Source of the DNA: Clostridia bacterium
GTDB taxonomy: Bacteria > Bacillota > Clostridia > Christensenellales > CAG-138
Assembly: GCA_017435905.1 (NCBI GenBank)
Contig: JAFSEB010000046.1
Location: 1,186 to 65,185 of the forward strand
Direction: 5' to 3'
DNA: 64,000 nucleotides
Below the pieces are notes generated by a model. It made no database searches. It had not been told where the DNA came from and was given only the letters and a program-made list of their open reading frames with translations. A program made the translations under genes and the position numbers. This document shows, in pieces, positions 9,318 to 17,208 of the stretch (within the stretch, counting starts at the first letter, position 1; each line of letters begins with the position of its first letter).

Positions 9318-11528
9318 TTACCAGAGACCCATCTTGGGAGTCAGATAACCGTCGCCGTAGGGCAGGAGCGCTTCGGTGTAGCACTGCGGATCGCCGTGGT
9401 CGGAACCGATGGCGCCGAGGCCGCCCATGTCGGTGTTGTGCTCAGCACCGCAGGTGGTGTTGTTCTGTACATTGAGGAACTCGGTGGCGTTGTTCAGCGG
9501 GATCAGGTCGAAGCGGACGCAGTCGCCAAGAGCAGCTTCGATGCAGGTCTTGAGGACGTAGGCCTGGTTTTGACCGGTCTCATTGTAGCCAACGTGCGGA
9601 TAGTCGATGACGATCGGGTTGTCAGGGCTGACTTCAAAGCCAATGGTCTTCAGGTCTTCGATGGCAAGAGCCAGTTCCTGAGCGGCGAGTTCCGGATTGT
9701 ACCAGCCATCCCAACCGTCGGTGGAGAGGTTGGCTTCGTCCCAAACAACTACGGGGAACTCATCGGCGGTCAGCTGAGCCTGCACGATCTCACCGTACCA
9801 GGTGCCGGCGGGGAAGGTAGTGGCTTCACCGTTGATGTCGATGGTCACTTCTTCTGCCAGGGAAGCATAGGTGCCGGGAGTCATGGTGTTGCGGATGCTG
9901 ACAGACTTCAGATCCTCACCAACGCTCTGGGAGATGTAGGAAGCACGGTCGATGGCGAAGTTCAGAGCAAGACGGAAGTGCCTGTTCTGGAACGCAGCGC
10001 AGCTGAGCTCCTTCTCGGCATCGGTCTTCATGGAAGCGCCGGCGCCGTCAGCCATGTTGGCGTAGGTCTGGCGATGGAGGTTGAACCAGAAGAGGAAGGT
10101 CGCACGGCCGGTCTCGGAAGTGGTGGCATACTTTTCAAAGTCGCCGTTGGCCTTTGCGGTCTCGATCTGGGCAGCGCGGAGATACATGTAGGTGGTCAGA
10201 CCGTTCATGAAGTTGTCATAAGCGCGGGAAACGTCGCTGCCATCATCATAAACGAGGCTGAAGTTCTTGAGGGTAACGTTGGCAGCATTCCAGTAGCTCT
10301 CGTTGAGCACGTAGTTGACGGAGTTCTTCTCGGTCATGTTGGTGCAGAGGAACTGGCCGCTGTAGGGGATATGGTTCTGGTCGATACCGTAGGTGTAGCT
10401 GGAGGAAGCAGCAGCTTCGGAATACTCAGCAACGCCGAACGCACCGCCCTGGGAGAGGAAGTAGCTGCGGCAGAGGGGCAGGAAGTCGATGGACTGCCAC
10501 ATGGAATCGAAATAGGTGCAGGGGGTGTTGAGGGTGTACTGGAGGGTGAGGTCATCAAGCGCCTTGACGCCGACGGTGGAGAAGTCGGTGGTCTCACCGG
10601 TGAGGTAAGCAGTCATGCCCGCAACGTAGCTGCCGAGGGTGTAGGCATCCTGAAGGTCAGCCTGATGCTGTGCAGCGGCTACCCAGTCGTCAGCAACGAT
10701 GTCCGCAACCTTACGGCCCTGAGAGTCGACCCAGACCATACCGGGGCGGATCTTGATGGTGTAGGTGAGGCCATCGGGGGAGATCTCATAGCTCTCCGCA
10801 AGGTGGGGAGTGAGAACGCCTTCGGGATTGTAAACGTAGAGAAAGTCGTAAGAGGGGCCGATCAGCTTGCTGTCGTTGGAGGTGGCAGCAGCGAAGATGT
10901 CCCAGGTGGTGGCGTTGTCAACGAAGGTGTCAACAACGGTGTCGCTGAAGGTGTAGCCCTTGCCGGCAAGGTATTCCTTGACCTTGGTGGCATAGGTGCC
11001 GGTGCCGAGGCACTCGAGGTAGATCTTCTTGGTCTCTGCGTAATCCTCAGCGGTGATGATCTCGTTGGTGAGGATGTAGTCGCAGTAGTTGGTCATGCCG
11101 CCGCGCCAGGGAGCATAACCGCCGCTGCGGTAGACCTGACGGGTCATGATGTAGCCGGCAACGGGGCCGTACATGGGAGCACCGGTGGAAGCCTGAAGAG
11201 CCTTTGCTTCCGCAACGGCGAGGAGGGCATGGCGCTCGGATACGGTCGCAGCTTCCATGGCGGCGTTGTAGTACTCATAGAACTCGCCAAGGTTGGCCAT
11301 GTAGATCTCTTCGTCAGTCTCGTAGATGGCGAAGGGTTCCTCTACCTCTTCAGGCTCTTCGGAAGCTTCGGGTTCGGTGGAGGCTTCGGGAGCGGTGGAG
11401 GTTTCGGGAGCGGTGGAGGTTTCGGGGGCAGTGGAAGCTTCGGGAGCGGTGGTGTTATCGCCGCCGCAAGCGACCAGCAGGGGGAGCATCAGAGCCAGAA
11501 TAAGGGTGATTGCTGCCAGTTTCTTCAT
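9318..11528 (-). CDS. Family-5 (Opp/Dpp-type) extracellular solute-binding lipoprotein, 736 aa
   Basis: Signal peptide plus lipobox LLVAC(21)GG, a PEAST-rich linker, then a large SBP body. First gene of the five-gene transporter operon. AAAGGAG RBS. Confidence 0.85.
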   Translation of the reverse strand: MKKLAAITLILALMLPLLVACGGDNTTAPEASTAPETSTAPETSTAPEASTEPEASEEPEEVEEPFAIYETDEEIYMANLGEFYEYYNAAMEAATVSERHALLAVAEAKALQASTGAPMYGPVAGYIMTRQVYRSGGYAPWRGGMTNYCDYILTNEIITAEDYAETKKIYLECLGTGTYATKVKEYLAGKGYTFSDTVVDTFVDNATTWDIFAAATSNDSKLIGPSYDFLYVYNPEGVLTPHLAESYEISPDGLTYTIKIRPGMVWVDSQGRKVADIVADDWVAAAQHQADLQDAYTLGSYVAGMTAYLTGETTDFSTVGVKALDDLTLQYTLNTPCTYFDSMWQSIDFLPLCRSYFLSQGGAFGVAEYSEAAASSSYTYGIDQNHIPYSGQFLCTNMTEKNSVNYVLNESYWNAANVTLKNFSLVYDDGSDVSRAYDNFMNGLTTYMYLRAAQIETAKANGDFEKYATTSETGRATFLFWFNLHRQTYANMADGAGASMKTDAEKELSCAAFQNRHFRLALNFAIDRASYISQSVGEDLKSVSIRNTMTPGTYASLAEEVTIDINGEATTFPAGTWYGEIVQAQLTADEFPVVVWDEANLSTDGWDGWYNPELAAQELALAIEDLKTIGFEVSPDNPIVIDYPHVGYNETGQNQAYVLKTCIEAALGDCVRFDLIPLNNATEFLNVQNNTTCGAEHNTDMGGLGAIGSDHGDPQCYTEALLPYGDGYLTPKMGLW
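11335..11465 (-). repeat. Tandem ~18-bp coding repeats for the (T/S)APE(A/T)S linker of the SBP
   Basis: Plus strand shows GCTTCGGGAGCGGTGGAGGTTTCGGGAGCGGTGGAGGTTTCGGGGGCAGTGGAAGCTTCGGGAGCGGTGG. The protein reads TAPEASTAPETSTAPETSTAPEASTEPEASEEPEE. Confidence 0.8.
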
Positions 11529-11691
11529 TGACGTTCTCCTTTCGCAATTTGTTTCTTATCATTTCCGCGTGGTTTGGGATTGCGCGGAAACGGCTGCAAT
11601 AATTCGGCAAAGCCGAAATCAAGATCGAATTTGGAAATCGGGCAGAATTGTGAATAAATTCTTAAATTCGAAAAATGCGACGCCCTTCGTA

Positions 11692-11720
11692 TTGACAAAT
11701 ACCCGACGGGGGTATATATT
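11692..11720 (+). promoter_or_regulatory. Consensus-like promoter on the plus strand with an embedded CsoR-type operator (box A, 11699-11715)
   Basis: TTGACA (11692-11697)-a-ATACCCGACGGGGGTAT-ATATT. The -10 is TATATT at 11715-11720 with a 17-nt spacer. Perfect ATACCC-N5-GGGTAT palindrome. Confidence 0.5.
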
Positions 11721-11905
11721 GTGTTTGTCGGGATGGTTGCCGGACAAACAGGCAACCGTTCCATCCTGCCTCACGTTTCAAAAAAACGAAGAAAGCCGCC
11801 TTGCGTTTGCATAACAACATTGGCGAAATCTTTTGCTTCAACAGGATTCACTTCAAATAAACATTTTTATTTATATGCCCATGCGGAACCGCACGGGTAA
11901 AAGAG

Positions 11906-11922
11906 ATACCCAAATAGGGTAT
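11906..11922. promoter_or_regulatory. CsoR-type operator (box B), perfect palindrome
   Basis: ATACCCAAATAGGGTAT. The extended palindrome AGATACCC-aaata-GGGTATCT spans 11904-11924. It lies just downstream of the minus-strand promoter at 11927-11955. Confidence 0.55.
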
Positions 11923-11926
11923 CTAA

Positions 11927-11955
11927 ATGTTATACCCCTTCCGAGTATTTGTCAA
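11927..11955 (-). promoter_or_regulatory. Minus-strand promoter with an embedded CsoR-type operator (box C, 11932-11948). Candidate promoter of the Opp1 operon
   Basis: Minus strand reads TTGACA-a-ATACTCGGAAGGGGTAT-AACAT, the same layout as the csoR promoter, and both share the 12-mer GGGGTATAACAT. It lies 427 nt upstream of the oppA1 ATG. Confidence 0.5.
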
Positions 11956-12242
11956 TAGGCTTTTCACGAAGTTTTTGCTTTTTTGTCGTTTTTTACAATC
12001 AAACGCTGAAAATATTTGCATTGTTCCTGATACACATTACATTTCTTCATGCATGCACCTGTTTTTTCACTTGCATGCATGCTTTTTTTCTGTTGTCCGC
12101 ATGCATTCGCTTTCGCTTCACTTCACTGAAGCCATCCTGAAAAAAGTGCCGAAATCAGCCACCTTTCTTTCGTTCCTGTTTCAGCTTTTGCAGTGTGCGG
12201 GATGCGATGAGCGAAGGGCTGTTTTTTGCCGAACATAAAGAA

Positions 12243-12282
12243 AGCAAATGACCTTTTCTTTTATTTACAAAGGTCATTTGCT
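12243..12282. terminator. Bidirectional rho-independent terminator
   Basis: AGCAAATGACCTTT-12 nt loop-AAAGGTCATTTGCT, a 14-bp stem with an A-run on one side and a T-run on the other. It lies downstream of the minus-strand lipoprotein gene. Confidence 0.75.
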
Positions 12283-12420
12283 TCTTTATTATGGTTTTGC
12301 TAAATTCAGCTTGCTGAAAAGCCGTGCTTTTCGAGGCTGTTTCTTTCCATATATGGGGGGTATATCCGGAATATCCTTGTATTCAGGGCGTTTTCAGACC
12401 CCGTTTTCATATATTGCGCA

Positions 12421-13137
12421 TTATGCCCAGCGTCCGCCCCTGCGTCCGCCCCGGCAGCCGCCGCTGTAGCTTCCGGAATTTTCGCTGTAATCCCAGCTGC
12501 CGCCAACGGCATTTCCGTTTTCATCGGCACCCCAGCAGCCGTACCAGCCGTTGCCGTCCCAGCAGTAGTATTCACCGCTGAAGCAGCCATTCCTGTTGCT
12601 GTTCCAGCAGCCTTCCCAGTTTTCACCGTTCCAGCAGTAGTACGCATCGCCATCCCAGCAGTAATAGTCGCCGTTCCAGCAATAGTACTCCACATCGCTG
12701 CTGCCTTCAAAGGCAGGGATGCCGCCCTCATAGGTAAGGGTGCTGACATAGCTGACAGTCTCTTCCTGCGCTGCGGTGATCTGCGGTGCAGCTGCTGCCG
12801 CAGGCGCTTCGTAGCTTTCTTCCACAGGTGCGGCAGGCACACCGGGATCGGCAGCAGCATCCTGTACGGATGCCGCAAACTGTTCCTGCTGCGCTTCGGC
12901 GGAGGTTTCCCCATCTCCATCGGCCGCATACAGGTTATAATATGCCGCCAGCGCATCAAGATCCTCGACGCCCGTTGCGGCTGCAATTTCCATCACATCA
13001 TTTACATTGACTTTGCTCAGCAATTCCTCACTCACCCCGGGCAGGAGCGCACCCGTTTCGGTGCAGGCAGCCATCATGGGGACCGCCGCCAGGAACAGTG
13101 TGAGTGCCACGATCCGTTTCATCCAATCCCGTTTCAT
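12421..13137 (-). CDS. Cys/Trp/Tyr-rich repeat lipoprotein, hypothetical (no family recognised)
   Basis: MKRDWMKRIVALTLFLAAVPMMAAC lipobox, an acidic Ala/Pro linker, then a C-terminal region with four YYCW(N/D)G repeats plus GCW and GCF variants, ending in a GGCRGGRRGGRWA tail. AAAGGAG RBS before the ATG at 13137. Confidence 0.75.
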   Translation of the reverse strand: MKRDWMKRIVALTLFLAAVPMMAACTETGALLPGVSEELLSKVNVNDVMEIAAATGVEDLDALAAYYNLYAADGDGETSAEAQQEQFAASVQDAAADPGVPAAPVEESYEAPAAAAAPQITAAQEETVSYVSTLTYEGGIPAFEGSSDVEYYCWNGDYYCWDGDAYYCWNGENWEGCWNSNRNGCFSGEYYCWDGNGWYGCWGADENGNAVGGSWDYSENSGSYSGGCRGGRRGGRWA

Positions 13138-13192
13138 TTTTTCTCTCTTTTCTCCTTTCGTTTTTGATCTGCCTTGTTTTGGCATGCCTGAT

Positions 13193-13220
13193 TGTATACC
13201 CCACACAGGTATTTTGTCAA
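13193..13220 (-). promoter_or_regulatory. Promoter of the Cys/Trp-rich lipoprotein gene with an embedded CsoR-type operator (box E, 13196-13212)
   Basis: Minus strand reads TTGACA-aa-ATACCTGTGTGGGGTAT-ACAAT, nearly superimposable on the csoR promoter TTGACA-tg-ATACCTATACGGGGTAT-AACAT. Confidence 0.6.
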
Positions 13221-13444
13221 CGCAGCACGGACATCTTTTAATAAATCTTAATAAACGGCGAACAGCTGTTTTACATGTCCGTGAGAAGTTTCCCGTGCCG
13301 GCCGTTCTTCGCTCCCATTTTTCGCCGCGGTCAGGAGTTTCTTCCTTTTATATAATATATACTTTCATGTCAAGTATCAGGTTTCCTTATCCTTTGCAAT
13401 ACATTTTATGCTCCGTAAAAATATATTATTTTCCACCATGCGGC

Positions 13445-13473
13445 TTGACAATATATTGATGTTGTGTTATGAT
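13445..13473 (+). promoter_or_regulatory. Promoter of the ilv-leu leader
   Basis: TTGACA (13445-13450), 17-nt spacer, TATGAT (13468-13473). Confidence 0.6.
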
Positions 13474-13479
13474 TCTCTG

Positions 13480-13770
13480 CAATTGGTCATACTATAAAAA
13501 TGCGCAGACGGAATTATGCCCGCATCAGAAGGTCAAGAGAGCCGGCGGCTGCTGTGAGCCGGTCCGGAAGATGCTGCGGCAGCCTCCTTCCCGAGCAGAG
13601 CGCCCCAACAAAACAGTAAGGCGTTCCGGTCGCCCCGTTACAGGCTATAAGCTTGACTGAGCTTTGAATTTGAGTGATCGCCCGTTTGCATTTGGCATGC
13701 AGCGGCGATAATCAGGGTGGTACCGCGATTGATTCGTCCCTGAAGCCGATAACGGCTTCAGGGATTTTTT
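13480..13770 (+). promoter_or_regulatory. T-box riboswitch leader of the ilv-leu operon (candidate Leu CUC specifier)
   Basis: AGAGAG bulge and GCUGUGA distal loop in stem I. F-box-like CCGTTA. Canonical T-box AATCAGGGTGGTACCGCG at 13710-13727 overlaps the terminator stem. CTC at 13584-13586 sits in the predicted specifier loop. Confidence 0.85.
13738..13770 (+). terminator. T-box leader terminator
   Basis: CCCTGAAGCCG-ataa-CGGCTTCAGGG followed by ATTTTTT. Confidence 0.85.
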
Positions 13771-13843
13771 AAAACCGTTAAAAAAACATTTAGAATACAT
13801 CATCCCCCGGCAAGAACCGGGCGGAAGCAGGAGGTTTGAACAC

Positions 13844-15550
13844 ATGCAACTGACTGGCGCAGAGATCCTGATGGAATGCTTGATGGAGCAGGGCGTCGAT
13901 ACCATTTTCGGTTACCCCGGCGGCACCATCCTCAACGTTTACGACGCTCTTTGCAGCTACAAAGGCAGGGTACGCCACATTCTCACATCCCATGAGCAGG
14001 GCGCTGCCCACGCAGCGGACGGTTATGCCCGTTCCACCGGCAAGGTGGGCGTATGCTTCGCCACTTCCGGCCCCGGCTGCACCAACCTGACAACCGGCAT
14101 CGCCACCGCTTATATGGATTCTTCCCCCGTCGTCTTCATCACCTGCAACGTCAGCGAAAACCTGGTGGGCAAGGATTCCTTCCAGGAAGTGGACATCACC
14201 GGCATCACCATGCCCATCACCAAGTGTAATTATATGGTAAAAAGTGCCGATGACATCGCAGACGTGGTGCGGCAGGCCTTTGCCATCGCCCGTGGCGGAC
14301 GCCCCGGCCCCGTCCTCATCGACATCGTGAAAAACGCCACCGCACAGAAGGCGGAATACATCCCCCTTACCCGTGAACAGCACGGCAGCGAAGGCCGCCT
14401 CGGTGCCCTCATCAAGCGTGCTTCCCACGACCTCAAGGCACCCGAACCCAACATGGCGGATGTGAAAAAGCTGGCGGAGATGATCCGCAAAAGCGAAAAG
14501 CCCCTCCTCATCTGCGGCGGCGGTGTGGTGCGAGGCAGGGCGGATAAAGAGCTTCTTGCCTTTGCGGAACGGATCGATTCCCCCGTTTGCGTCACCGTGA
14601 TGGGCGCCGGCGGCTTCAGAGGCAGGAATCCCCTCACCACCGGCATGATCGGCATGCACGGTTCGCAGGCTTCCAACATGGCCTGCGACAGCTGCGATCT
14701 TCTCATCGCCATCGGCTGCCGCTTCTCCGACCGTGTGGCACTTGACCCCGCAAGCTTCGCCAAGCAGGCCCAGATCGTGCAGATCGACATCGACCGTGCG
14801 GAGATCAACAAGAACGTGCAGACAGATCACCACATCATCGGCGATGCGAAGCAGGTGCTGCAGCTGCTCCTTGACGAGCTTGACCAGATGGATCATACCC
14901 CCTGGAAAGATTATGTATTCTCCTTCAAGACGGAGACCGAATACGAAGAAGAAAGCGATACCCTGACACCCAAGCAGATCAGTGATTCCATCGCAAGGCT
15001 GATGCCCGAGGATACCATGGTCGCTACCGATGTGGGCCAGCACCAGATGTGGGTCATCCAGCACTTCCACTACGATTATCCCGGCCAGCTGATGACTTCC
15101 GGTGGTTTTGGCACCATGGGCTTCGGCCTTGGCGCAGCCATCGGCGCAAAGGTGGGCAACCCGGAAAAGACGGTCATCCACATCACCGGCGACGGCAGCT
15201 TCCGCATGAACTGCAACGAGCTTGCCACCGAGGAGCATTACGATATCCCCGTCATCACCTTCATCTTCAACAACAGGACCCTCGGCATGGTGCGCCAGTG
15301 GCAGACGCTCATTTATGACAAGCGCTACAGCGAGACCACCCTTGAACACGGTCCCGATTTCGTGAAGCTTGCCGAGGCATACGGCCTCAGGGGCAGGCAT
15401 GTATGCACCGTGGAACAGCTGGAAGATGCCATCCGTGAGGCGCTTGCGTGGAACCACGGCTTCGTCATCGACTGCGCCATCGAGCAGGACGAGATGGTCC
15501 GCCCCATGGTGAGCGGCGGCAGCCGTATCACCCAGTTCATCATCGACTAA
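13844..15550 (+). CDS. ilvB: Acetolactate synthase large subunit
   Basis: MQLTGAEILMECLMEQGVDTIFGYPGG..., ThDP-enzyme motifs (GDGSFRMN), 568 aa. Confidence 0.95.
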   Translation: MQLTGAEILMECLMEQGVDTIFGYPGGTILNVYDALCSYKGRVRHILTSHEQGAAHAADGYARSTGKVGVCFATSGPGCTNLTTGIATAYMDSSPVVFITCNVSENLVGKDSFQEVDITGITMPITKCNYMVKSADDIADVVRQAFAIARGGRPGPVLIDIVKNATAQKAEYIPLTREQHGSEGRLGALIKRASHDLKAPEPNMADVKKLAEMIRKSEKPLLICGGGVVRGRADKELLAFAERIDSPVCVTVMGAGGFRGRNPLTTGMIGMHGSQASNMACDSCDLLIAIGCRFSDRVALDPASFAKQAQIVQIDIDRAEINKNVQTDHHIIGDAKQVLQLLLDELDQMDHTPWKDYVFSFKTETEYEEESDTLTPKQISDSIARLMPEDTMVATDVGQHQMWVIQHFHYDYPGQLMTSGGFGTMGFGLGAAIGAKVGNPEKTVIHITGDGSFRMNCNELATEEHYDIPVITFIFNNRTLGMVRQWQTLIYDKRYSETTLEHGPDFVKLAEAYGLRGRHVCTVEQLEDAIREALAWNHGFVIDCAIEQDEMVRPMVSGGSRITQFIID

Positions 15551-15565
15551 AGGAGGAAAAGCATT

Positions 15566-17117
<1,552 letters not shown>

Positions 17118-17145
17118 ACGCACTTCACTTTTGAATCCTCTTGTG

Positions 17146-17167
17146 GCGGGCGAAGGCTTCGCCCGCC
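17146..17167 (+). other. Intra-operon GC-rich stem-loop between ilvC and ilvD
   Basis: GGCGGGCGA-aggct-TCGCCCGCC with no U-tract after it. Confidence 0.5.
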
Positions 17168-17208
17168 GCAACCCTAAAGCAATCCTTCCCAACACGAGGT
17201 AAACCGCC

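Noticed and set aside
11525-11764. 79-aa minus-strand ORF in the Opp1 leader whose TGA overlaps the oppA1 ATG (ATGA). This could have been a translationally coupled leader peptide.
   Set aside because: It has no recognisable motifs, lower-GC and atypical codon usage, and a GAGG only 4 nt from the ATG. It also contains CsoR box A and other inverted repeats, so it is more likely a non-coding leader. Ribosome profiling would settle it.
11720-11925. Small ORFs between the face-to-face promoters, for example the 27-aa MVAGQTGNRSILPHVSKKRRKPPCVCI and the 27-aa MPMRNRTGKRDTQIGYLNVIPLPSICQ.
   Set aside because: Neither has a Shine-Dalgarno sequence, a recognisable copper-chaperone motif (MxCxxC) or typical codon usage.
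12306-12986. 226-aa alternative-frame ORF overlapping the Cys/Trp-rich lipoprotein gene.
   Set aside because: It is an out-of-frame shadow with an Ala/Thr/Gly/Arg-rich translation and no signal peptide or RBS. The 12421-13137 frame has a lipobox, an RBS and a terminator.
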